DNA of 64,000 nt from Thermoanaerobaculia bacterium. GTDB taxonomy: Bacteria > Acidobacteriota > Thermoanaerobaculia > Multivoradales > Multivoraceae. A model generated the notes under the pieces. It was not told the origin of the DNA, made no database searches, and worked only from the letters and a program-made list of their open reading frames with translations. This document shows, one piece after another, positions 19,027-29,200 of this stretch (position 1 is the first letter of the stretch; every line of letters begins with the position of its first letter). Location: assembly GCA_963666565.1 (NCBI GenBank), contig OY762911.1:1312001-1376000 (forward strand), given 5' to 3'. The position numbers were made by a program, and so were the translations under genes.

Positions 19027-20508
19027 GTGGCAAAGGCGGAAGAGACCTCTCGAACCGACGGATCGAACGACGTCAAGGAAGCGGCAGCCGCCGCGGCGCG
19101 GGAACTCGCGTCGGCGAGGGCCGTAGCCAAGAAGGCCCGGGCGGCTCGAGTCCGGAAGGTCGCCACCGCCGAGCGGACCGCGAAGGAAGTCGCCGGGAAG
19201 AAGACGGCGGCGCAGCAGGCGGTTCGCGAAGAGAAGGCCGCGGCCGCGGCGGCCGCCAGGGCGGCGAAGACCGCCGAGGCCAGGAAGGACGCGGCAGCCG
19301 CCGCGGCGAAGGATGCGTCGGCGAAGAGCGTTTCGGCGCGAACGGCCGAACGGAAGGCCACCGCCGACCGGAACGCGGCGTCGAAGGCTGCCGCGCTCGC
19401 CGAGGAGCGGACCGCCGCGGCGAAGCAGGCGGCAGCCGCCGGGAAGAGTGCCCGCGCGCTCGCCCTGAGGACGTCGAAGGCGGCCGAAGCGGCGAAGGCG
19501 GCCCACGAACTGGCGGCGAAGCAGGCGGCGGAGGCGAAGGAGAAGGCGCAGGCGGCCGCGCGCGAGGCCTCGGCCGGCAAGCGCGAGGCCGACAGGGCGG
19601 ACCGCGAGGCGGCAAAGGCCGGCGACGCCGCCGCGAAGGCGCGGGACGGGGCCGCCGCCACGAAGAAGGCCGCCGCCGAGTCCGCCCGGCTTGCCGCCTC
19701 GACCGGCAAGGCCGCGGCGAGCGCCGCCAGGCTGATGGCCACCCGCAAGGAGGCCGCGCAGGCGGCGGGCAGGGAGGCCGCGGCGAAGGAAGCCGCCGCC
19801 AGGAAGTCGGCGCGGACGTCCGCCTCGAGAGCGGCAGCCGCCGAGAAGGCCGTGCAGGCGGCGGCGGATGCGAAAGCCGCGATCGGGGGTGCAGAGCTCG
19901 CCGTGGCGGAGGTGGAGAAGCTGGTGGCCCAGGCGGTGGCCGGGAAGGAGGCCGCGGACAAGGCGGCCGAGGAGAAGGCGGCCGAGGCGCGGGCCGAAAG
20001 GGCTCGGGCGGAAGCCGCGGCGAAGGCGCGGGCGGCCCGGAAGGAGGCCGCGCGGAAGAAGCGTGAGCGCAAGCCGCCGACATTGCTGCTCCGGCCGGAG
20101 CGCGCCGGCGGCAACGGAGGCCCGGGCGCCCGGCGAAGAGACGCCGACGTCGACTTCGAGTGGGTGCGGGAGAAGCTGGAAGAGAAGCGCCGGGAGCTGT
20201 TCGGCCGCTACAACCGCGATCTCACCGCCGGCCTCAAGGCGTCGACCGGCGAGGGCGCCGAGGACCTGGTGGACCGGGCGAACCACGCCTACAGCCGGGA
20301 GTTGAACTTCTCGCTCTCGGACAGCGACGGCATCCTGCTGAACCGGATCGTCGAAGCGACGGCCCGCCTGGACGACGGCACCTTCGGCATCTGCGTCCAC
20401 TGCAGCAACGAGCTGGGCCGCGCCCGCCTGGAGGCGGTACCGTGGGCGCCCTACTGCATCGACTGCCAGGAACTCGAAGAGAAGGGCCGGCTCCCCGCGG
20501 ACGAGTGA
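19027..20508 (+). CDS. DksA/TraR family protein with long Ala/Lys-rich N-terminal extension
   Basis: RBS GGAGG at 19016; C-terminal EDLVDRA, CVHC...RLEAVPWA.YCIDC zinc finger. Confidence 0.88.
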   Translation: MAKAEETSRTDGSNDVKEAAAAAARELASARAVAKKARAARVRKVATAERTAKEVAGKKTAAQQAVREEKAAAAAAARAAKTAEARKDAAAAAAKDASAKSVSARTAERKATADRNAASKAAALAEERTAAAKQAAAAGKSARALALRTSKAAEAAKAAHELAAKQAAEAKEKAQAAAREASAGKREADRADREAAKAGDAAAKARDGAAATKKAAAESARLAASTGKAAASAARLMATRKEAAQAAGREAAAKEAAARKSARTSASRAAAAEKAVQAAADAKAAIGGAELAVAEVEKLVAQAVAGKEAADKAAEEKAAEARAERARAEAAAKARAARKEAARKKRERKPPTLLLRPERAGGNGGPGARRRDADVDFEWVREKLEEKRRELFGRYNRDLTAGLKASTGEGAEDLVDRANHAYSRELNFSLSDSDGILLNRIVEATARLDDGTFGICVHCSNELGRARLEAVPWAPYCIDCQELEEKGRLPADE

Positions 20509-22130
20509 CCGCGCCCGAAATCGACGCCGCCATCGAGCGAATCGAAGGCGGCGACCGCCTGCCGCTCTACCTCGTGATCGGTGAGCAGGTGCTGGCCACG
20601 CGGGAGGCGACGCGCATCGCCGAAGCGCTGGCTGCCGCGGCCGGCTGCGAGGTCGCGGTTCACAGGGGGACGGCCGGCGCGGAACTGCGGTCGATTCTGG
20701 CCGATCTGTTCACCTTCTCCCTGTTCGATTCGGCCAAGGTCGCCGTGGTCGCCGGCAGCGCGGCGTTCGCCGACAAGGATGCCGCGGCCGAGCTGATCGA
20801 CGAGACGGCCGCCGCACTGGACGAGGACCGCGGCCTGGCCGGCGGGGCCGGCGAGACGCTCTCCCCGGCGGAGCGGACCGCGGCGGGACGGCTTCTCCAG
20901 ACGCTGCGGCTGTTCGGGATCGACCCGTTCGCCGGCGAGGCGGAAGAGACGATCTCCTCCTTGCCCGACTCCGCGCTGGCGGGCGGCAGGAGCCAGCGAA
21001 GGGGCGGCCGCCGCGGCCGGCCGAAGAAGGAGAGGGTCGCGCTCGCCAAGGGACTGGCCGCTCTGCTGGAGGCGGCCCGGGCGGAAGGCCTGACCGGGTG
21101 GTCGGCCGACGATCTCGCGGAACTCGACCGGGCGGCGGGCGGCGGACTGCCGGAGGGCCACGCCATGGTTCTCGCCGAGAGGAACGCCGATCCCAAGCAC
21201 CCCCTCGTCAAGCGCCTGGTCGAGCGGAAGGCGGCGTTCGAGGTCGGTCAACTCGGGTTCGACCACAAGGGCAACTTCACCGGCCTCGGTCCGGTGGTCG
21301 CCGAACTGGAGCGCGAGACGGGCGTGCGAATCGATCCGGCGGCGGCCGGCGAACTGGCCCGGCGGACCCTGCGCAAGGAGGGCTGGGGGCCTTCCCAGGC
21401 GGATGCCGCCTCGGCCGCGCGCTTCGCGGCCGAGTACCGGAAGATCGCCGCCGGACTGCCCGATGGTTCCGGCCGGATCGACCGCGCCGCGGTGGAGGAG
21501 ATCGTCACCGACCGCGGCGAGCAGGACGTCTGGAAGATCGTCGGCGCGATCGAGCAACGCAGACCCGGTGACGTGCTGGCGCTGATGCGCCGCTACTTCG
21601 ACGGCGCGAAGGACCGGCAGGGCGAACGGTTCCGGTTCCTGAGCCTCCTGGCGGGACGGCTCCAGCAGTTGGCCGCGGTCCACGGGATCGCCATGGCCCA
21701 CGACCTGCGGGGAGAGCGGAACTTCAACGGCTTCAAGGCTCGCGTGCTGCCGACGCTGATGGCGGAGTGGCCCGCAGCGCTCAAGAAGCCCGCGCCCTAC
21801 GCGGTCTTTCGCGTCTACCAGGCCGCCATGGCCCGCCGCGGCTCGGAAGCGTCCGAGGAGCTCGCCCGGCTTCCGTGGCTGCTCCTGGAGACGGAGATGC
21901 GCCTGAAGGGAGGCAGCGACGACGGCGCCGCCGCGCTCGAGGCTCTCGTCCTCGCCGTCGCGGGGGCGGGCGGCGCCGGCCGGCGGCCGCGGCGCGGCGC
22001 CGGCGGCCCGGCAAGGCGCGGCGAAGGCGGCCCGCAACGGCGCGGCGCCGGCGGCGCCGGTCGGCCGATGCGGCCAGGACGGCGCCGTGGTCCGGCCCGC
22101 GGCCGCTCGCGTGCTGCCGGCCGGCGCTGA
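20505..22130 (+). CDS. holA: Probable DNA polymerase III delta subunit (divergent HolA-like)
   Basis: N-terminal LYLVIGEQ, FSLFDS, central DVWKIVGAI, C-terminal LLETEMRLKGG; GTGA-coupled to dksA-like gene. Confidence 0.6.
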   Translation: MTAPEIDAAIERIEGGDRLPLYLVIGEQVLATREATRIAEALAAAAGCEVAVHRGTAGAELRSILADLFTFSLFDSAKVAVVAGSAAFADKDAAAELIDETAAALDEDRGLAGGAGETLSPAERTAAGRLLQTLRLFGIDPFAGEAEETISSLPDSALAGGRSQRRGGRRGRPKKERVALAKGLAALLEAARAEGLTGWSADDLAELDRAAGGGLPEGHAMVLAERNADPKHPLVKRLVERKAAFEVGQLGFDHKGNFTGLGPVVAELERETGVRIDPAAAGELARRTLRKEGWGPSQADAASAARFAAEYRKIAAGLPDGSGRIDRAAVEEIVTDRGEQDVWKIVGAIEQRRPGDVLALMRRYFDGAKDRQGERFRFLSLLAGRLQQLAAVHGIAMAHDLRGERNFNGFKARVLPTLMAEWPAALKKPAPYAVFRVYQAAMARRGSEASEELARLPWLLLETEMRLKGGSDDGAAALEALVLAVAGAGGAGRRPRRGAGGPARRGEGGPQRRGAGGAGRPMRPGRRRGPARGRSRAAGRR

Positions 22131-22132
22131 GC

Positions 22133-22957
22133 GTGCCCGAGCTTCCCGAAGTCGAGGTGCTGCGCCGGAGCCTGGAGCGGCCGCTCGCCGGCGACCGCTT
22201 CGAGACGGTTCGGGTCCACTTCCCGACCCTGCGCGAGCCGCTCAGCGAGAAGCGACTGTGCCGCCTGGAGGGCCGCACGATTGCCGGCCTGCGGCGGCGC
22301 GCGAAGTATCTGCTGATCGACGCCTCGGGCGGAACAACCCTGGTGCTGCATCTCGGGATGAGCGGCCGGTTGACCCTGGTCGACCGGGCGGCGCCGCTCG
22401 GGGACCACGAGCACCTCGGCTTCGAACTCGCGTCGGGCCGCCGCCTGCGGTTCCGCGATCCGCGTCGCTTCGGCCTCGCCTTCGTCGCGCCGACGGACGG
22501 TCTGGACCGGGACCGGCACTTTCGCCATCTCGGCGTCGAACCCTTGGCGCCCGGCTTCGACGGCGCGATGCTGGCCGAGTGCGCCCGCGGTCGGACGGCG
22601 CCGGTCAAGAGCTTCCTGATGGACGCCTCGGTCGTCGTCGGCGTGGGCAACATCTATGCCTCCGAGGCTCTGTTCCGCGCGCGCATCCATCCCCGCCGGT
22701 CCGTGGCGCGGATCGCGCGCCGACGCTTCGACCGGCTGGCCGGGTCCGTGCGGGAGGTGCTCGCCGAAGCGATCGAGCAGGGCGGCACGACCCTCAACGA
22801 CTTCGCCGACGGCGAGGGCAACTCGGGCTACTTCCAGGTCTCGCTCGACGTCTACGACCGCGAGGGTGCGCCCTGCCCGACCGGCTGCGGCGCCCGCATC
22901 CGCCGGGTCAATCTGTCGAATCGCAGCACGTACTACTGCCCGCGCTGCCAGAGGTAG
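22133..22957 (+). CDS. mutM: Formamidopyrimidine-DNA glycosylase
   Basis: PELPEVE, HLGMSG, GVGNIYASE, C-terminal CPRCQ zinc finger. Confidence 0.97.
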   Translation: MPELPEVEVLRRSLERPLAGDRFETVRVHFPTLREPLSEKRLCRLEGRTIAGLRRRAKYLLIDASGGTTLVLHLGMSGRLTLVDRAAPLGDHEHLGFELASGRRLRFRDPRRFGLAFVAPTDGLDRDRHFRHLGVEPLAPGFDGAMLAECARGRTAPVKSFLMDASVVVGVGNIYASEALFRARIHPRRSVARIARRRFDRLAGSVREVLAEAIEQGGTTLNDFADGEGNSGYFQVSLDVYDREGAPCPTGCGARIRRVNLSNRSTYYCPRCQR

Positions 22958-23004
22958 CGGCGCCGGCCTGCGGCCGGCCGGTCTTCTGGCCGCCTTCGGC
23001 GGGA

Positions 23005-23139
23005 GCGGGTCGGAAGACCCGCGCACCCAGGGCGGGTCGGAAGACTCGCGCACCCAGGGCGGGTCGGAAGACCCGCGCACCCAGGGCGGGTCGGAAGACC
23101 CGCGCACCCGGGGCGGGTCGGAGGACCCGCGCACTCGGC
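23005..23139 (+). repeat. Tandem array of five 27-bp REP-like units
   Basis: (GCGGGTCGGAAGACCCGCGCACCCAGG)x5 starting 23005, 23032, 23059, 23086, 23113. Confidence 0.95.
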
Positions 23140-23140
23140 T

Positions 23141-24919
23141 CTACGTGAGCGGCCAGAACACCGGGATCAGCCACACCGACAGAGCGCAGCAGAGGATCTT
23201 GACCGGCGTACCGAACTTCACGTAATCCATGAAGCGGTAGCCGCCGGGGCCGAAGACCATGGCGTTGGTCTTGTAGCCCATCGGGGTCAGGAAGCTGGCG
23301 GAGGCGGCGAAGGCGACGGTCATCATGAACGGCTTCGGTTCGAGCCCCATCGACGCCGCGGCGGTGCCGGCGATCGGCACCATGAGCACGGCGGTCGAGT
23401 TGTTCGAGATGATCTCCGAGAGCAGGGCTGTCGCCACGTAGATCAGCGCAATGACCACCCAGGGCCCGTAGTCGGCGCCGGCATTCGCGATCGTCTCTCC
23501 GATCGTCGCCGCGAGGCCGGTCTTCTCCATCGCGATCCCCATCGGCAGGGTGCCGACGAGCAGGAAGATGACGGTCCAGTTGATCGCCTCGTATGCTTGC
23601 TGCACCGAGATGCCGCCGAAGGCGATCAGCGCCACGGCGCCCAGGATCGAGGCCTTCAGGATCGAGGTGGCGCCGGTGGCCGCGACGATGACGACGATCG
23701 GGACGATCAGCACGGCTAGCCACCAGCGCCGCGGCGTGACGAGGCGCAGCTTGACGTCCTGCTGCAGCGGGATGAAGTCCTCCGTCTCGTAGAGGGCCTC
23801 GATCCGGGAACGGGGGCCGAAGACGAGCAGCGTGTCCCAGTTGTGGAGGACGATGTGGGCCAGCTTCTCGCGGATCGGTTCGCCCGTGCGGTTGAGCGCC
23901 AGCACGAAGCAGCCGAAGCGGCGGCGGAAGTCCAGGTCGCGAATCGTCGAACCGGTGACCCGGGAGACCGGCGAGAGCTGGATCTCGGCCATGATGTTGT
24001 TCTTGTCGGAGAGGTCGCGGTCGCCGATCTTCGTTTCCGTGCGAAGGCGCAGGCCGTAGTGGTCGCGGAAGCTGACGATGTCGTCCATCCGGCCTTCGAC
24101 GATCAGCAGGTCGCCACCCTGCATCGGCGTGGAGCGGAGCTCGACGGCGATCCGCTCCTCGCCGCGCAGGATCTCGAGCACCGTCAGGCGGAACCGTTCG
24201 TTGATGTGCGCGTCGACCACGTTGCGGCCGACGAGCGAGCTACCCTCCGGTACCTGGACCTCGGTCAGGAACGAGGACAGTCGGTACTTGGTGGTCAGGT
24301 CGGCGGCGCCGACGCGATCCGGGAGGCGGCGCATCGGCACGAAGACGATGTAGGCGAAGCCGCCGACCAGGAGGATCAGTCCGAGCGCCACGAACTCGAA
24401 CATGCTGAAGACCCCATAGCCGTACTCCGCCGACATGGAGGCGACCAGCAGGTTCGTCGACGTGCCGATCAGGGTGCATGTGCCGCCCAGGATCGAGAGG
24501 TAGGAGAGAGGGAGCAGGATCCGCGACGGCGACACGCCGTAGTGCTTCCCGATCTGGATGGCGACCGGCATCAGGATCGCCAGGGCGGCGGTGTTGTTGA
24601 TGAAGGCCGAGAGCACGCCGCAGACCAGGATCAGGGTGATCGCGGCGGCCCAGTGCGTGTGGCCGGAGAGTTGCGCGAGCTTCTGGCCGAAGCGGTCGAT
24701 CAGGCCGGTATGGGTCAGCCCGTAGCTCAGGATGAACATCATCATCACCGTGATGACGGCGTCGTTGCTGAAGCCGCGGATCGCTTCCTGGGGCGTTACC
24801 AGCCCGAACAGGAGCAGCAGCCCCATGCTCGAGAGCGCGACCGCGTCGATCCGCAGCCACTCGAAGCTGAAGGCCAGGAACGTGAAGACGATGATGGCTG
24901 AGAGAATCCAGATGTCCAT
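23141..24919 (-). CDS. SLC13/CitMHS-type permease with two TrkA-C domains
   Basis: SAFINNT, GGTCTLIGTSTNL, SNNSTA, TPMGYKTN. Confidence 0.93.
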   Translation of the reverse strand: MDIWILSAIIVFTFLAFSFEWLRIDAVALSSMGLLLLFGLVTPQEAIRGFSNDAVITVMMMFILSYGLTHTGLIDRFGQKLAQLSGHTHWAAAITLILVCGVLSAFINNTAALAILMPVAIQIGKHYGVSPSRILLPLSYLSILGGTCTLIGTSTNLLVASMSAEYGYGVFSMFEFVALGLILLVGGFAYIVFVPMRRLPDRVGAADLTTKYRLSSFLTEVQVPEGSSLVGRNVVDAHINERFRLTVLEILRGEERIAVELRSTPMQGGDLLIVEGRMDDIVSFRDHYGLRLRTETKIGDRDLSDKNNIMAEIQLSPVSRVTGSTIRDLDFRRRFGCFVLALNRTGEPIREKLAHIVLHNWDTLLVFGPRSRIEALYETEDFIPLQQDVKLRLVTPRRWWLAVLIVPIVVIVAATGATSILKASILGAVALIAFGGISVQQAYEAINWTVIFLLVGTLPMGIAMEKTGLAATIGETIANAGADYGPWVVIALIYVATALLSEIISNNSTAVLMVPIAGTAAASMGLEPKPFMMTVAFAASASFLTPMGYKTNAMVFGPGGYRFMDYVKFGTPVKILCCALSVWLIPVFWPLT

Positions 24920-25007
24920 GCCGGCTCCGCCGTTGGAAGTCCGCCGATCGTAGCGCGCCCGCGGGCGGCGCCCCCCCGCCCGTCGCGCGTGGAACGGTCC
25001 TGGCGGA

Positions 25008-25841
25008 TCAGCCGACCGGCAGTCGGCGGTGCGAGGCGACCGGCATCGAGCGCCTGACCTCCGCGACGCGACGCCGGTCGATCTCGGCGATCGCGATGCC
25101 GGGCCCGTCGCCGGCGTCGGCCAGGACGTGGCCCCACGGGTCGATGATGACCGAGTGCCCGTAGCTGTGCCGGAGGCCGCGGTCGTCGTGGCGGCCGGTC
25201 TGGGCGGCGGCCAGCACGTAACACTGGGTCTCGATCGCGCGGGCGCGCAGCAGGGGGAACCAGTGGTCCTTGCCGGTCATCAGGGTGAAGGCGGAGGGGA
25301 CGGTCAGGACCTCGGCGCCGTCGCGGGCGAGCTTCAGGTAGAGCTCGGGGAAGCGCATGTCGTAGCAGATGGTGAGGCCGAGCCGGGCGAGCGGCGTATC
25401 GACCGTGACGACGTCTTCGCCGGGCACTGCCGTCTTCGACTCGAGGAAGCGCACTTCGGCCGAGACGTCGACGTCGAAGAGGTGGATCTTGCGGTAGGTG
25501 GCGACGATCTCCCCCTGCGGGTCGAACAGGACGCTGGTGTTGTAGCAGCGCTCGCTGTCGTCCGGCGCCTTCTCGTTGTAGGACCCGAGCAGGAGGTGGA
25601 TGCCCCGGTCGCGGGCCAGCGCCGCGAACCGGGCGCAGGTGGCGCCGGACGTCGGCTCGGCGAGCTGGACCTTCTCCTTGTGCGGCCCGAGGTAGTTCGT
25701 GTTCTCCGGCGTGGACACGAAGGTCGCCCCGCGATCCGCCGCGGTCTCGATCCAGTGCCGGGCGGTTTCCCAGTTCGCCTGCTCGTCCGAGGTGGAACCC
25801 ATCTGGACCACCGCGGCGAGGAATGTCGATGTGTCCTGCAT
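25008..25841 (-). CDS. Carbon-nitrogen hydrolase (Nit1-like)
   Basis: STPEN, YRKIHLFDV, ICYDMRFPE, RARAIETQCY. Confidence 0.93.
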   Translation of the reverse strand: MQDTSTFLAAVVQMGSTSDEQANWETARHWIETAADRGATFVSTPENTNYLGPHKEKVQLAEPTSGATCARFAALARDRGIHLLLGSYNEKAPDDSERCYNTSVLFDPQGEIVATYRKIHLFDVDVSAEVRFLESKTAVPGEDVVTVDTPLARLGLTICYDMRFPELYLKLARDGAEVLTVPSAFTLMTGKDHWFPLLRARAIETQCYVLAAAQTGRHDDRGLRHSYGHSVIIDPWGHVLADAGDGPGIAIAEIDRRRVAEVRRSMPVASHRRLPVG

Positions 25842-25894
25842 TCGTCGAGGCCCCCGGAGCGCGAGCTTACCGCTGCGGGATACACCCGCCCGTC

Positions 25895-26058
25895 TTGGGT
25901 CAGGAGGGGTCGGCGCCCAGGTGACGCTCGCGCTCCAGAGGAAGCACGGACGATTGCGCTCGCTCCGCTTCACTCGCTCCGGTTGGGCGTCGGTGAGTGC
26001 GAGGTCGTCGGCCGTCGCTCGTTCAGAGGCACCTGGGCGCCGACCCCTCCCGACCCGA
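25895..26058. mobile_element. MITE/REPIN-like element with 29-bp terminal inverted repeats
   Basis: TTGGGTCAGGAGGGGTCGGCGCCCAGGTG (25895-25923) vs CACCTGGGCGCCGACCCCTCCCGACCCGA (26030-26058), 2 mismatches. Confidence 0.6.
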
Positions 26059-26108
26059 CTGGGCTGGACGTCGTTGCCGGGCCGGTCGATCGGCGGGCCC
26101 ATGCAACT

Positions 26109-26176
26109 GGGTGCGCGGGTCTTCCGACCCGCCTGCCGCCGGAGGCGGCCAGGAAGCGCGCCGCGAAGCGGCGACC
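26109..26176 (-). repeat. Composite REP-like element (three hairpins)
   Basis: GGGTGCGCGGGTCTTCCGACCCGC + GCCGCC-GGA-GGCGGC + CGCCGC-GAA-GCGGCG. Confidence 0.85.
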
Positions 26177-26207
26177 GTTTTCGGTTCGGGCTAAGCTCTG
26201 AGCACCC

Positions 26208-29200
26208 ATGTGCGGGATCGTCGGCATCCTGATGCGCCCCCACCCCGGACCGGCGATCGGCTCGCGCGAACTGCTGGACGGTCTCGCAGCGGCTGGCCGC
26301 GCGGTCGAGGCGGCGGTGGGCGAGTGCGACCGCGCCGAGGCGGAGGCGCTGGCAGCGGCCCTGTCGGCTGCCGCCTCCGAGTTGGCCGACTGGGACCGGC
26401 GGTTGCGAGCCCGACCGGCGGTCCGGTCGCTGGTGCGGGACGAATCGCTGCGGGCGGCGACGGCCGATGCCCTGCGGCCCTGCTCGGCGGCCGTGCGGCG
26501 GCTGGAAGCGAGCCTCGACGCCGGCGCCGCGCGCTTCGGCAATGCCGGACTGGAGGCGGTGAACCGGGCCGCCGCCGCGCTGGCCGACGCGGAGTGGGCG
26601 ATCCGCCGCGACCGGCTGCGGACCGCCGCCGAGGTCGCGGCGCTTGTGCCGGCCGGCGGGAACGACGGGTTCGCCGGCAACGGCCGCGCCGGCGCCAGCG
26701 ACGCCGGGCTGGACGTCCTGATCGCTGTCCAGCAGACCTTCTCCTCCCTCGACCGGCTGGAGATCCGCGGCCGCGATTCGGCCGGCCTGTTCCTGCTGCT
26801 CTCGGGGCACGGCGTGGACCCGGACGCTAGGGCGATCCGTGCCGAGCTCGACGCGCGAACCGGGGACCCGCTGTTCGGTCATCGCGCCGTCCGGCTGCGC
26901 GGAGGGCGTCTCGGCCTCGTCTACAAGTGCGCGGAGGAGATCGGAGAACTGGGCGACAACGTCCGCTTCCTGCGGGCTGCGGTCGCCGCCGACCCGTTGC
27001 TGGCGGCGGCGCTCCGGAGCCCGGACGTGGAGGCGGCCGTCCTCGGCCACACCCGGTGGGCCAGCGTCGGCCGGATCAACGAGGCGAACGCGCATCCGCT
27101 GAACGACGCGGAGCGGCCGCCCCGGGTGATCGCGGCGATCAACGGCGACATCGACAATCACGCCGACCTGGCGGTGCTGGAGAAGCTGGACATCGACCCC
27201 CGCATCACGACGGACGCGAAGGTGATGCCGGTGCTCATGTCGCGCCGGCTGGCCGACGGCGACGCGCCCTTCGACGCCTTCCGCGACACGGTGGCCGCGT
27301 TCGAGGGTTCGCTCGCTCTCGGCGCGCTCGCCTGGGACGACCCGTCGCGGCTCTACCTGGCGACCCAGGGCAGCGGCCAGGGTCTCTACGTCGGGCTGGC
27401 CGATCGTGCTTTCGTGGTCGCCAGCGAGCCCTACGGTCTGGTCGAGGAGACCTCGACCTGGCTGCGGCTGGACGGCGAGGCGGAACCGGACCGCGCCGGC
27501 GCCGGTTGGGGCCAGATCGTCGTGCTCGATGCCGGTCGCGCCGGCGAACTGGAGGGCATCGAGCGGTACTCGGCCGGAGGCTCGCCGCTGCCGGTGACGC
27601 CGGAAGAGCTCGACCATGCCGAGATCACGACTCGCGACATCGACCGGGGCGAGTTCCCGCACTTCCTGCTCAAGGAGATCGGCGAGGCGCCGCGTTCCGT
27701 GCGCAACACGCTGCGCGGCAAGGTGCGGGAGGACGCGACCGGGCGCCTGCGGGTTTCGGTCGGCGAGCGGACGTTGCCGGAGGCGGTTGCGCGCGGCCTG
27801 CGGGAGGGGACGGTCGCGCGCATCGTCGTCACCGGTCAGGGCACGGCGGCCGTCGCCGGCCAGGGCATCGCCGCGGCGATCGAGGGACGGCTGCGCGAGC
27901 GTGGCCTCGGCCGCCCGCGGGTCGACGCGATGCCGGCCACGGAGCTCTCGGGCTTCCACCTGGTGGCTGACATGCACGACACGCTGGTCGTCGCGGTCAG
28001 CCAGTCCGGCACGACGACGGACACGCTGCGCACGGTCAACCTGGCGCAACGTCGGGGCGCCCACGCGATCGCGATCGTGAATCGCCGCAACTCCGATCTG
28101 GCGGACCGGGCGGACGGCGTGCTCTACACCTCGGACGGGCGGGACGTCGAGATGAGCGTCGCGTCGACCAAGGCCTTCTACTCCCAGATCGCGGCGGGGA
28201 TGCTGCTCGCCGTGGCGATCGCCGACCGGGTTGCGGGCGGGCCGGACGAGCGCCCCGCCGCCGACCGCCTCCTGCGGGAACTGCGGAACCTGCCCGGCGC
28301 GATGGAGCGCACCCTGGCATTGCGGCCCGCGATCGCTGCCGCCGCCAGGGAGTACGCGCCGCGATTGCGCGACTGGTCGGTGGTCGGCAACGGCCTCGAC
28401 CGCATCGCCGCGGAGGAAATCCGGATCAAGCTCTCGGAGCTCTGCTACAAGGCGATCGCCTGCGACGCGACGGAGGACAAGAAGCACATCGACCTGTCGT
28501 CCGAGCCGCTGATCCTGGTCTGCGCGACCGGAGTGCAGGGCTCGACGGCGGCCGACACCCGGAAGGAGATCGACGTCTACCGCGCCCACCGCGCGACGCC
28601 CATCGTCATCGCCTCCGAGGGCGCGGCGTTCCCGTCCGCGGCGGCTGTGATCGAAGTGCCCGAGGCGCCGCCCGAGCTGTCCTTCGTGCTGGCGACCGTG
28701 GTCGGTCACCTGTTCGGCTACCACGCGGCCCTGGCCATCGACGATCTCGCCGGGCCGCTGCGGGCGATCCGGAACGCGCTCGATCCGGTCGCGGACGCCG
28801 GGACGCCGAACGGACCGGCTCGCTGCGGGCCCGCTTCGCCGGACGCGCTGCAGGGCGGAGAGCAGTCGGCGGGCACGGCCGCGGGTACGGTCGCGCGACT
28901 CCGCGACGACGCTGGTCGTTTCGATCGAACCCATGGGGCGGGAACGGCCGCCGCGGCGGTCGCCCGGCTGCGCGAGGAGGCCGCCGCCGAGATCGCGGCC
29001 GTGCGCGAGGGCCTCGCGGCCGGCGGCTACGACGGCAACCTGCACGCCGGCAAGGCGGTGCGGCTGGCGGTGGCGCTCGACCGCCTCGAACGCGTTTCCG
29101 TTGCGGCCGGCGCGGACAGCGAGGCTGGCGTGGACGGCGAGGCCGGCGCGGGCGGCGAGGCCGGCGCGGGCGGCGAGGCAGGCGCGGGCGGCGAGGCCGG

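Noticed and set aside
20505-22130. Novel clamp-loader-like system
   Set aside because: Most simply a divergent HolA; the Arg/Gly-rich tail looks like a low-complexity extension
23005-23139. CRISPR array
   Set aside because: Units are contiguous with no unique spacers and match the dispersed REP motif; no cas genes
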